Shown: in pieces, positions 52,271 through 63,260 of the stretch
Layout of the letters: every line of letters starts with the position of its first letter
Numbering within the stretch: the stretch's first letter is position 1
Assembly: GCA_035084275.1 (NCBI GenBank)
Contig: CM068751.1
Coordinates: 2,108,001-2,172,000 of the forward strand
Reading direction: 5' to 3'
Origin: Hydrolagus colliei
Lineage: Eukaryota
DNA length: 64,000 bases
Program-made: the position numbers and the translations under genes
Notes under the pieces: model-generated
What the model was told of the DNA's origin: nothing
Seen by the model: only the letters and a program-made list of their open reading frames with translations
Databases searched by the model: none

Positions 52271-53258
52271 CTGACAAAAGATGGAAGTTGTTAATAAAGA
52301 ACATATCCTTATTTTTCTCCAATATCTGACTGAAGGAATTGGTGGTGAATGAGTGGAGTCTTTTGTGTGTTATTGAGTGAGATTTTTGAGTGATATGATA
52401 GAATTGTTTGAGATAATTAAAAATGTTTTAAACAATTATGATGAAACATCTTCTGCGAGTAGAAAATTTGTGACAACAATCAAATCAAGATTATGACTTA
52501 GTGACGAATAGGACAGGGTGAGTAAAATATATTTTCCTAATGGATTATCAGAGTATGGAAATGATTCACCAAGGACACCCGCTGGACTAGTGTCAAATGG
52601 CTTCTTGGAAGATGAAAGCACCAACATGAAAAATTGAGCCAAATTGACGTATAGTGTTGACCATTTCTCTAGTTCTATGATTTGTGGATGAAAATAGAAA
52701 AATATGACTAGGTCTGACACCCTGAATAGGAATACATCAACCTCAGAACTTGGATAAATTAGGAATCTGAGAGGTTTGTTTACGGCAGGAATATTCTTGC
52801 TTGTAATTAAGCCATAAGTGAATCTGATTGTTTCTAAGCATTGTTTGTGTGAAGTAAGATTTGGCAATTTATAATAAAACAGCAAGATGGGAAACAGTGA
52901 ACCAGTTGAATGAAAGAGCATCAGGTAAAATTGTAATGATTTATACACAGCTGCACTGATAGAATATTATTCACTTTTGTAAGTTATGTTTGAAATCTTC
53001 AAAGCATTATACTGTAGTTTCTTTCATTTATACCATGATTTGTATGTAACATAAATTACCTGAAACTTTTCAAAAGAATTGACTTGAAATTAAAATGAAT
53101 CTTGTAACACGAACCAATTTGCAGTGAGCAATTTGCACAGGATTATTCCACAAACAATAATGAGATGAGAAGCCAATTCCTTTGAATTGGCAGTAACTTT
53201 TAGTAGGAGTGGCTAGAAAGAGTAGACAAAAACATAATTAAATTATCACAATTCATAC

Positions 53259-53388
53259 CTTCCAGTTAATAATTGATCGTTGCCAAAGAGGGATTTTAGG
53301 AAGGTTGTCCGTCCGTCTCTTACGCTCATTAATCATATTAGCTATTTCCTTCATGATTCTCAGTGCATTCTCCACCTCTTGATAATCC
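53259..53388 (-). CDS. RhoGEF DH C-terminal exon, 130 bp
   Basis: tgag|G...AAG|gtatga; DYQEVENALRIMKEIANMINERKRRTDNLPKIPLWQRSIINWK with the INERKRR hallmark; phase 2-0. Confidence 0.93.
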
Positions 53389-53565
53389 CTCAATGATCGA
53401 AGAAATAAATGTTAATATACCATACACGGGAATCAACACTAAACATTCCATTTCTAAAAAAAAACACATTGATCTCTTGTATCATTTGCAAGAACTGCAA
53501 AAGTGTCCCCCGACACAGAATTGATTTTGAGAAGTTTCCAAAATTCATATCAATTTGTTCCATAC

Positions 53566-53798
53566 CTATGGTTAGGGCAAGTGGATTTTAACAACTCAGA
53601 TAGCTGTAATGGATATTTGCAAATCTTCTGGACTGGAACTAATAGAAACCCAGACAGAGGAAGACTCATCATACGCTGGTGCAGTCGACATGTTTCAAAA
53701 AAGAATGCGTATTCATCGATTCTACTGAGTCGTTGTATTTCGTCAGTTGCACTGTTGCTGTTGCAGCAGTATTCAGAGTAGATCAAGAAATGTTTTTT
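53566..53798 (-). CDS. RhoGEF DH exon (CR2/CR3), 233 bp
   Basis: gcag|AAA...ATAG|gtatgg; FLIYSEYC...FFETCRL...[22 protein letters not shown]; phase 0-2. Confidence 0.95.
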
Positions 53799-54239
53799 CT
53801 GCAATCACAACACCAAAGAAATAGTGACTTGTATGGGAACTACGTAATCAGATGAAAATTCTTTATTTCACTGTTGTTGATGTACATGAAGTGAAATAAA
53901 CATGATGTGAGATACATCAAAGCTACTGCACTGCCAATATGATTAGTTTTCATACAACGACAACTTCCCTTTATATTGTGACCCTCACATGGGTATTATC
54001 TCAGAGCACTTGACAGTGCCAGACTATACGTTAAAATAGTCTTAGTCATCAAACATATATAATTCAGAAAATCTAAATAAAATTAGCTAGCAGTCATTCT
54101 CTAACACATAGGAATAAATCAATTCAGTAAGAAAAAACATTGCAGGATGGAGTCCAATAAAGAAAAAAACAACAAAAATGAGATTGCTGAGAACATTTTT
54201 GAAATAGGTGAAGGGGTATTAAAAGTGCACTAGAACAAG

Positions 54240-54548
54240 ATAATAATCATTTTTGGATTTGATACAATGCTTTTCACATCTTCTAGAAGTCTGAAAATAC
54301 TTCAAATAATATATTGTAAAGTGAATTGGCTGTATATTTATGGGCGAAATGCGGCAGCCAGTTGCACACAGCAGTGTCCCACCAACAGTTGTGGATTGAA
54401 GTGATCAATTTTATTATTAGTTTTATTTCTTTAGAGATATTGTCAGGTGTGCAGAGTAAGGAAACTTGCCTAAGGTTTCGTACTGCCAGGAATTGAATCC
54501 AAATCTCTCGCTAGCGAGGCAAGTGGTCTAACTACTGAGCTATAGCTC
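54240..54548 (-). mobile_element. tRNA-derived SINE, full length
   Basis: Same family, reverse orientation. Confidence 0.85.
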
Positions 54549-54692
54549 TAGTTACAAGATAAAGTAAGATCTGAACATAATATTAAAACATATTTAATGT
54601 ATCCAAACCACAAAGATAAATTAAATAAAGTTAATTGTGGCAGTGAAGTTAATGATAATAATAATCCTTCCATTTGATATGGAAGGCCTTAC

Positions 54693-54955
54693 TACAACAA
54701 CAACAATAAAATTACATATATAGAGCGCCTTTCACATCGGAAGGACGTCCCAGGGCACTGAGGTTGGGACCCAAGCAGTGGGGGAAGGGTCGGGGAAGGA
54801 GCAGCGGGACAGAGAGTAAGAGAGGGGGTAGAGTTAAGGAGGGTGGCAGAAAGCACAGTCGAAGAGGAAGGTCTTGAGACCGGCCTTGAAGGAGGAAAGG
54901 GAGGAAGCAAGACGGAGGGGCTGTGGGAGTTCCACAGTGTGGAAGCAGAGAGGCA
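54693..54955 (-). mobile_element. L2 3' fragment
   Basis: (CAA)n tail plus L2 3' body. Confidence 0.85.
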
Positions 54956-55612
54956 GTTAGGGTGGTGGACGCAGAGCAGGCAAGCAGTGGAATATCTACA
55001 TAGAATTACTGTACATCGAATCTACCGCACCAAAACAGAATTTCCAATCCAGTTAGTTGATGTCTCACGGGAGCTTTCACTAATTTTAATCTCTCCCCTC
55101 GTCCAGCCTCCTCCAACTTCTTAATATTGATACATATTATTTATGAAATTATTAAACTATATTAATCCTAAAGGAATACTATCAAATAAGATGAACTATT
55201 TCCTAGATGTATTCATCAGAGAGCATTCTAAGAAACCAGCCGGTGTTTGTACTGGATATTAGATTTTTAAAAATTAAATCTTGGATCTCGCCTACAAAAT
55301 ACAGTCACTGTTTCTTAACAATTTAAGATGTCCTGTCCTCCTGGTGTGAAAGATGCATTATCAAATGTATAAATTATTTATCTGCTCTGGATTTTTTGAG
55401 TTTGATAATGAACTGATGGTCACCAGCGAGTTGTATTTCATCCAACACACAAACATTTTTTGACATCTTTCTCAGATCTGTGGGCCCTATGATCTTTTAC
55501 ATATCCCCAAACTGCTGTAGATTTCTGTTACTGAAGTTATTTTTTAAACAATAAAACTGTCTTCAAATAAATGCTGAGCAATAACTAATCAGGAATGTGA
55601 TTGACTACTCAC

Positions 55613-55792
55613 AAAATCAAGGAAAGTAGATCCAAGCTCACTCAGGTAAGGTTGTTCACAATTGTACTTTTTGTCCAGCGCTTTGACGAATTTCCTTTGA
55701 AATCTGTAGATTTCCTCAATATTTGCAAAAATTGTGTATACCTGCTCTGCAGTGAACATGTTTGGCTTTTTCTGGCATGGCTTGTAGAAACC
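55613..55792 (-). CDS. RhoGEF DH exon, 180 bp
   Basis: ccag|GGT...TTT|gtgagt; GFYKPCQKKPNMFTAEQVYTIFANIEEIYRFQRKFVKALDKKYNCEQPYLSELGSTFLDF, cf. IFGNIEDIYRFQ...PHLSEIG; phase 0-0. Confidence 0.94.
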
Positions 55793-56562
55793 CTGGGGTG
55801 AAGAAGGGATAATGTTTACACATGATAATTACAATTTTATTGTTTACTGGAGAATAGCCATGCATATTAAATATTATGGATTGATTCCTGTTCAACACAC
55901 AAAATAATAAGTGGACAACAACTTCCATCACAGGAGAATTAAAGCATTTCACATTGGTGTTATGGAACACCAATCAAGGTGGAAAGAAGGGGAAGTCAAG
56001 CAAAGGCACATTGAAGAGTTAGATTTTTCCAAAAAAGAATTTTGAAGACAGACTGTGTAGGTGAAGCAGAGGAATTTGATAGAGAGTTATAGAGTGTGGG
56101 CATGATGACAAATCTGACCCACTGATTGGGAGAGGGGTGTGCTGCAGGCCAGATGGGAATAGGGCTGTAAAGTGACATGAGAGGAACAGGGCAGGGCATT
56201 GGAATGATACTACAGTAAATATATGGATTTTTGAAGTTGAGGGCAAGAAGACAACAGCGACTGACCAAAATGTAGACGACGAGAATGTGAATAAATGCTC
56301 ATGTCAATCTTGTAGAAGCAAGTTTGACCTTAAAAAAAACCTGTGAACTGTCTCTATTTGTGAAAACATTACAACAACAATAATAATATTACTCTTGTAC
56401 TCTTGTATAGCACCTTTCACGTCAGGAGGACGTCCCAAGGTGCTGTATCACAATTCTAGCATCTGAAAATAAGGAAAAATAATTGATTCCAAAGTTAATT
56501 TTGTTAGAAATGTAATACGAATGCAGAAGCATATGTTTCCTGACCTGACTCGTGATCCTTAC

Positions 56563-56742
56563 CTCAAAAATGTCCTTCAAGGTTTTAAGGTGCTCTCGCT
56601 CTTTGGTTACGATCTCATTGACAACATAGTTTCTTTTTTCATTTTTCTTTATCTCTTCTGGAGTTAGACATGCAACGCAGGTTCCAGTCTCGTCAAATGC
56701 TCCCTCCTCATCTGTCCCATAATCATCTCCGTAATATCCTAA
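56563..56742 (-). CDS. RhoGEF linker plus DH CR1 exon, 180 bp
   Basis: aaag|TTA...GAG|gtaagg; LGYYGDDYGTDEEGAFDETGTCVACLTPEEIKKNEKRNYVVNEIVTKEREHLKTLKDIFE, cf. [24 protein letters not shown]. Confidence 0.88.
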
Positions 56743-56789
56743 CTTTAACAGAAGCAAAAGATATTTTGCTGCTTTCAAAAACAAAATTG

Positions 56790-57084
56790 CAATAATTCCT
56801 GTTTAGAATTAACTAACGCTTTTCATTTCTTCTAGACGTCTCAAAGCGCTTCACGGAATATACTGCAAAGTATATTGACTGTGTATTTATGGGCGAAACA
56901 CGGCAGCCAGTGGCACACAGCAGTGACCCACAACAGTCACGGATTGAAATGACCAATTTTATTATTGTTTTTTTTTAAGGGATTATTATTAGGCATGTGG
57001 AGTAAGGATACTTGCTCAAGGTTTCGCCCTGACCTGCCTGGATTCGAAACACAGGTAAGGTGAGTGCTCTAACCAGTGAGCTAC
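56790..57084 (-). mobile_element. tRNA-derived SINE
   Basis: Same family, reverse orientation. Confidence 0.85.
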
Positions 57085-58179
57085 ATATACTGTGTACAGT
57101 TTCTTCAAATACATTTTTCTTTCCAGCAATTACAGGTTGCACCAGGGTTGTGATTCTTACCTTTTCCTTTAAGAACCATTAATGGGAAGCTGATGATCCA
57201 CCAGTTACCATATTAAGTTGACAACGCCGTGTTGTAATTAATGCAATATTTAAACATACTTACTGCACCTAACAGAACTTTGTGCTCAAGTAATGTGAAC
57301 ACATCTCCTCATAGTGTGTACTGTACTGTACTTACCGCGAAAACACAAAAGTATTTCAAAACTCTGCAGCTTGTTGAAAGTTAAGCTCCTACAACTAGCA
57401 ATACTCACCCATTCACCAAGCCTTCCCCATGAACCAAGTCTTCCCCTCACATAATTGAATGCGCCATTCATTCTTAGTGATAGTCTAACCTAGATGTGTG
57501 TCCAGAAGACTACAATTTCCACATTAGGCTTCCAATTTCCCACATCCGGCAACAAGCTTATTGGGAAGAGGAAATCAGCTTTGGTCCAGATATGTTTAAC
57601 AGTAACATTGACTGAAACATTAACTCAAGGATTACAGATATGTATGAGGTGTGTCATCATAATACCTAACATAAAGGCTGGTGTGGAGGTCAACCTTTAA
57701 CTTCAGGTAGAGTAGTTACCAGCTGTAGCCATAGTCATTACAGTCAACAGTTGTTTTATTATGCACATGAATCATGTTTTTTCAGCCAAGATGATTTTGC
57801 CTTGAGTTGAGCATTTCCTTTTATATTCTAAATACCACAGAGTTAATGGGTTACTGCTGCTGTCTGTGCTCTGCCTACTGAAGACCACAGGACCAATAGG
57901 AAAACACTTTGCTTGGGAGCAGTGGCACAGTGAAAAGTGGCATAGCTTCAGTCAAAGGTTTTATGCATTTGGTCCAAGTTAATGGAAGTGATAATAGCAA
58001 TACAGTAATCATAATAATAATCTTTATGTCCTTGTTTTCTACCATTTGATAATTTGACGTCTCAAAGTGTTTTACATAATTTTATTGTAAGGTCTAATGA
58101 CAGTGTATTTTGTAAGCGAACATAAATATTGTTTATATATTGTTTATTGTTGTTTATTGTTGTTTATTGTTGTTGTTTG

Positions 58180-58460
58180 ATTCCCCCCCTCTTGCCTCCT
58201 GGCCTATCCCCCCCACCTCTTCCTCTTCGCTCACTCCCTTTTCCCACTTTCTCTACCCCATTTTCCCTTTTTCCTCTTCTCTCCCTCTTCCCTCTTGCCC
58301 CCCTTTCTCCCTGATTTTGCCCCTCACCCACCTTTCCCTCCCTTTCCTTTGTCCCCCCTCCCTTTCTCCCCCCTCTTCCTCCCTGACCTTGCTGTACACC
58401 ACCTTTCCCTCCCTCTCCCCCCTTGCCCTCTTTTCCCCCTTTCTCCCCTGTCCCCACTTC
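58180..58460. repeat. Polypyrimidine (C/T) low-complexity tract
   Basis: About 280 bp of almost pure C/T. Confidence 0.85.
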
Positions 58461-58690
58461 CACGACTGTTTGTGTGACACTGCTGTGTGCAATTTGGCTG
58501 TCGCGTTTCGCCCACAAATATACAGTCAATTTTCCTACTCTTCTTCATCCTGCCCCGACACCTCCCCCCTGCTCTTGTCCCTACCTAACTGTACAACGCC
58601 TTGGGACATCCTCTCGACGTGAAAGGTGCTATATAAATGTAAGTTTTGATTGGTTGGTTGGTTGGTTGGTTGGTTGATTGATTGATTGAA
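58458..58690 (+). mobile_element. SINE body joined to L2 3' tail, followed by (TTGG)n/(TTGA)n
   Basis: CACGACTGTTTGTGTGACACTGCTGTG...CAGTCAATT then CGCCTTGGGACATCCTCTCGACGTGAAAGG. Confidence 0.7.
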
Positions 58691-59258
58691 CATTCCAGAG
58701 TTCGGATGATACAAACAGCAAAAGTAATGCTGCTAAACTCCTTCATTTTTGTACTAGTTTAGTTCTCTTCCTTCCACTTTTATCCCCTCTTCTGAAAGCA
58801 TGGATTATTGCTAGCATTCAGTTTAGTTTTACTTTGTATCATTAATTTGGCTGGGATTAAACCAAAATCCTACAGTTAAACACAATGGTTAAACACAATA
58901 AATGTGACATTAAGGATCTCAGATTCTTTTTATGGCACCACTAAAGGTGCTATTAGAAAGGTATCACAATGTATATGCCATAAAATATAACAACTCAACA
59001 TGGTAATAAATTGGAAAAAAAATTGAAACCCTAAGTAACACAACTTGTATCGCGAAAGAAATGAACCATTGCCCCAGGCCTTGAAGAGTCTCTTTGTTTC
59101 AATTGTCATAAATTATAGCAACAGAATTCCCATTGCTATCTTTCGCAAGTCAAACTTTCTCCTTCATCTGAGTGGCGTTCAGAATTGGGTGGCCTCAACC
59201 AAGTTGGAAAATAAATTAAGTGTCACAGGTGGTAAACCTACCAGTTTGCTCTCAAGAG

Positions 59259-59570
59259 AAATAATAATCCTTGCATTTTGATATAGAGCTTCTCACGTCT
59301 TCTAGGCAGATGTCTCAAAGCGCTTCACAGAATGTACTGTAAAGTAAATTGTGGGCGAAACGTGGGAGCCAATTTCACACAGCAGTGTCCCACAAACAGT
59401 CGTGGATTGAAATGACTATTTTTATTATTGTCTTTTTTTTTTAGAGGGATTATTATCAGGAGTGTGTAGTAAGGAAACTTGCCCAAGGTTTCGCCCTGAA
59501 GTGCCTGGATTCAAACACAGGTTTCACATTTGTAAGGCGAGCGCTCTAACCACTGAGCTACAGGAGCTCC
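59259..59570 (-). mobile_element. tRNA-derived SINE, full length
   Basis: Same family, reverse orientation. Confidence 0.88.
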
Positions 59571-59643
59571 ATGATATATTCTTCAAACAGAAAGAATGCA
59601 ATGTATGACTGCTGTGTTTTGTGATTTGTCAGGTGGGTCTTAC

Positions 59644-59832
59644 CTCAGAAACTTTCTTTCCTTGTTGTGGAACACCTGTCTCGTTCTGTTGTTTTGAGAT
59701 TGTTACAGATTTCTGTGTTGTGGAAAGGGGACGGCTGTGTCTTTGTACTTGTGTCGACAAGTTAGCTGGTGTTGTTGAAAGATCTTTTTTATGCATTGAA
59801 AAAGAGTCTGTTGTTTGCTCAAAGGTTAGATC
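59644..59832 (-). CDS. Candidate RhoGEF N-terminal exon, 189 bp, S/T/Q/K-rich
   Basis: tttttcttcttctag|GAT...GAG|gtaaga; 63 open codons DLTFEQTTDSFSMHKKDLSTTPANLSTQVQRHSRPLSTTQKSVTISKQQNETGVPQQGKKVSE; phase 0-0. Confidence 0.72.
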
Positions 59833-61039
59833 CTAGAAGAAGAAAAATATAGTACTGTACTTGAAAAAGTCAATCCATTTACAGTTCTGCTCATAGTGAA
59901 ATGAAGGACAGAATTATGGACTATTCTGTTTAGCTATTTGTTCGTCTGGATTTTTCTCCCCTTTGTCTTTCTGAAACTTCTTCTAATTGCTTTCATGGAT
60001 GAAGAATATTTTGTTATTTGCAAAGGTGGGAAACTAGTGCAGCTTGCAATGGTATTTTCTATATGATTTAAAAAAAGTAATAACTAAAGCAATCCCTGCA
60101 CTTCAGTTAGCTACTTTCACATGGGGAGAATGCCAAAGCACTTCACAGGATTTTCTGTAAAGTATAATGGCTGCAGGCAGACAAATCATTTACTTTAATA
60201 AATTTAAAAAATGTAGTACCTGTAGTATTCTTGCCTATGAATATTCTTACCTTTGAAAAGTCTACAATATGTCATGCAGCTTCCCACTGTCACATTGATG
60301 GGTGTCATTTGTAAGGAAGAGGTAAAATTTTCTACGGTGGAGAAATGATATGGCTGCTCACTGTGTGGACGGTGAAGGAGAGGTCACATGGGGACTGACC
60401 AGACACAGTGTTATCTTTCCTGTTTCTCAACACTAAGGGGACAAATCTATGGTTTTCTCCTTAAGTGTATCAAAGACGTAAATTATTTGGGGGCAGAGGT
60501 GCCATCATGTCACCTTTGAACTCTGCTTTCACCTGTATTAACTTTGAGTTGTACATGTTGGAGGTTCAGCTAATTTGGCTGAAGAGTCTGGAGGGAAACT
60601 CACGCCACAGACTTAATGCCAAACCTCCCCAGAGAGGGTAACCTACCATTCTGTGCATGTTTGTTAACATTTATTCTCAGTAAAAAAAATGATTTGTTTG
60701 AAGTCATTATTGGCATGGTTTGCTGCCTGGCAAGAAATCCTTAGAAAATTTTTCAGAAAAGCTTGAGATTGTACAAATTCTGCCCATTTTTGAAGCCATG
60801 TTCTTGTCTGTTGATATGTCCTTTCCTAGTTCTCTCTTGGTTCCCCTAATGTTTCATTTAATCTTCTCTATCGTCCTGTACTTGGTCTAATAGTTCTCAC
60901 TTCTCCCAGAAGATTCATATAACTTTTAACGTTCCCCTGCTGAATTTAGGTGAGCACTTGACTTGCAGGCTTTATGGATGGGTGCCGTTTATTTTCAAAT
61001 GATTTATCCGTGTATCATTGCTTCCCATCTAAATCCTAC

Positions 61040-61144
61040 CTCCTTTGCTACCATGGCAGCTTTCGTGATTGACCTCTTTCCCAGTGAAGATGGGAAACTG
61101 ACAGAGCTTGCAGTGGAATTTTGTAATTCTTGAGAACTTATTTC
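61040..61144 (-). CDS. Candidate N-terminal repeat exon, 105 bp
   Basis: cttgaag|GAA...AAGGAG|gtagga; EISSQELQNSTASSVSFPSSLGKRSITKAAMVAKE; phase 0-0. Confidence 0.65.
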
Positions 61145-61270
61145 CTTCAAGAACAGAACAAAAGGTGATGTTAGTATTGTCATCTCTTAGTTACACTCTG
61201 AGTAAGATCAGGAAAAGCAGAGTATTGCTGCAAATATTGTTGAATTTGGTCCTTGTCATCAGAGTCTTAC

Positions 61271-61381
61271 CTCCTTTGATTTTTTGAAACTGCTTTTCTG
61301 GTTTGCCTTTACAGTTGTTTGTGGGTGCTTCTTGTTTGGTGAAGATGCATAAATTGGATGCTTGTCCGTAATATTTAGTTC
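61271..61381 (-). CDS. Candidate N-terminal repeat exon, 111 bp, HPIYAS motif
   Basis: catgaag|GAA...AAGGAG|gtaaga; ELNITDKHPIYASSPNKKHPQTTVKANQKSSFKKSKE; phase 0-0. Confidence 0.7.
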
Positions 61382-61557
61382 CTTCATGAACAAAGAATAG
61401 GTTATACAGTACTTGAAATCAAATTAATCCCAGCTATAGTGACTTTTCAAGGAAAGGACTGTCAGCTATAGTTTGTTTTTCTTTTGAAAAGTTGTAATAG
61501 ACACTTATATTGGGTTGAAAAAAAAACCTTTCTTGGTTCAATATTGTTAAATAAAAA

Positions 61558-61925
61558 TAGTAATCCTTGCATTTGATATGGCACCTTATCATAAGACATA
61601 AGTCTTTGAAATGTCTCAAAGCACTTCACAAGAATATACTCTAAAGTGAATTGGCTGTATATTTTGTGGGCAAAATGCAGCAGCCAATTGCGCACAGCAG
61701 TGTCCCACAAACAACAGTGGATTGAGTGACCAAATTATTATTACAGATTTTTTTTAAAAGGGGTTATGACTCCCCTGAAATGCAGTCCTCTAATCGATTA
61801 ACAAGTGGGTTCCACTTGTTAAACAGAGGCATGTGGTATAAGGAAATTCGTCTAGCGCTTCGCCTTCCCTGGGAATTGAACCCAGGTCTTCTCTTGTGAG
61901 GCAAGTGCTCTAAACAACACACTAC
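61558..61925 (-). mobile_element. tRNA-derived SINE, long variant
   Basis: Family 3' end, extra central segment as at 36943, tRNA-like head. Confidence 0.82.
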
Positions 61926-62890
61926 ATACAGATCTCCACAAAATAAATAAGAACATTATCTGAGACATAAGTTTTACAATGACAATCATTGGCTCCAAAG
62001 TTATTGATTTGCCCAGAGAAATCATAATATCTCACGTAATATTGGATAAATATGAAACATTGTCTGAAACATTGTTGCAGTTTTGTGACTACTGGGATGA
62101 AACTGTAAAAGTCTTGACCTGAAAGAATAGTAGAGATCCTGAGAATGCAGGGCTGTTTTAAAAAATGACAGGAAATTATGGTCCCTTCTTTCAGATTTCT
62201 TTTATTGAGAAATTAAGGTGAACGACAGCATATCAATCACTTAGGTTGACAAGATCAATACTAAGAAATGAGTCAATAGGCTTGTTTAGTTAACATCAAT
62301 TTTTAGTTTAATGTTTGTAGGAAGAAAATTGAGAAGGGTTAGAAGAATCACTGTCTTGAATTAATTTTTAGATTGGAGATTTTTGTGTCTTGCTTCACGT
62401 AATGGACCTTACCCAATGACCAGACTTTTAGGAACATCTGCAATAGTTCCTTAATGATTTACAGATTATTGAGGTTTACTTTCTAATGAATATTCAACAA
62501 AGATGTAATCTTCAAGAGGATTATGTAAATGTTTCTGAAATAAAGGAAGGAAATTTGAAATAAGTAGATGAAATAAATATAATTATACAATATAACTTAA
62601 GTTGCATATGCTAGTGAGCATAAGCTTATAGCCACTCGGTTCCATTTTTAATTACGTTTGTTTATTTCAGACACTGATATAATGCACTGGGGATGAGTTA
62701 GGTTCAAGCAAATGTCTCAGAATAAATATTGTCTCAGAATAAGAACTACACAAAGCCATTGACTAACGCATCCCCCGGGTATCATAATGCTTCATACCAA
62801 ACCCCCAGCTTGGCTCTAAATCCAGTGCCTTGGGATATCCTCGCAAAGTGAAACATGCTATACAAATATAATTTGTTATAATTGTTGTAC

Positions 62891-63016
62891 CTCCTTTAAT
62901 TTTTTGAAACTGCCCTTTTAGTTTGACATTCAAGATGATGCAGGTTGCTTTCCTGATGAAGGTAGGAGGCTGCCAGGTCTTGCGGTATCATTTTCTACAC
63001 TCTCATATATTGGTTC
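62891..63016 (-). pseudogene. Repeat exon copy with two in-frame stops (pseudo-exon or poison exon), EPIYESV motif
   Basis: cttgaag|GAA...AAGGAG|gtacaa; EPIYESVENDTARPGSLLPSSGKQPASS*MSN*KGSFKKLKE; 3' end homologous to exon 61271-61381. Confidence 0.65.
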
Positions 63017-63149
63017 CTTCAAGAATAGATAAAAAGGCTATATTGGTACCTAAATAGTTCTACTATCTATAGTTATCCGTGAGATCAGGGAAAACACCAT
63101 GTTCCCTCAACTTTAATATCCATTTAAGGGCAGGCAGAGAGGAACTCAC

Positions 63150-63260
63150 CTGTGTTTCATTGGATGGTGACATTTCATTTAGTGAACGATTTGGTCCCTC
63201 ATAATTTAGATCCGATATGCTCTCATAAATCGGCTCCGGTGAGCGGTCATCAGTTCGTTC
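63150..63260 (-). CDS. Candidate N-terminal exon, 111 bp, EPIYESI motif
   Basis: ttttag|GAA...CAG|gtgagt; ERTDDRSPEPIYESISDLNYEGPNRSLNEMSPSNETQ; CpG-retaining; phase 0-0. Confidence 0.72.

Noticed and set aside
52436-52948. 170-aa minus-strand ORF in a RhoGEF intron
   Set aside because: No recognisable domain, AT-rich, and the flanking exons already splice in frame without it
57161-57470. Extra RhoGEF exons at donor-like sites near 57160, 57263 and 57409
   Set aside because: No convincing acceptor, frame or homology
58129-58677. Overlapping Pro/Leu/Ser- and Gly/Glu/Arg-rich ORFs
   Set aside because: Artefacts of a polypyrimidine tract plus SINE/L2 sequence
59050-59200. Decayed SH3 exon (minus-strand MTIETKRLFKAWG faintly like TMxxxELxFKAG)
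   Set aside because: Similarity is too short; no WWWG or GWFP motif and no clear splice sites
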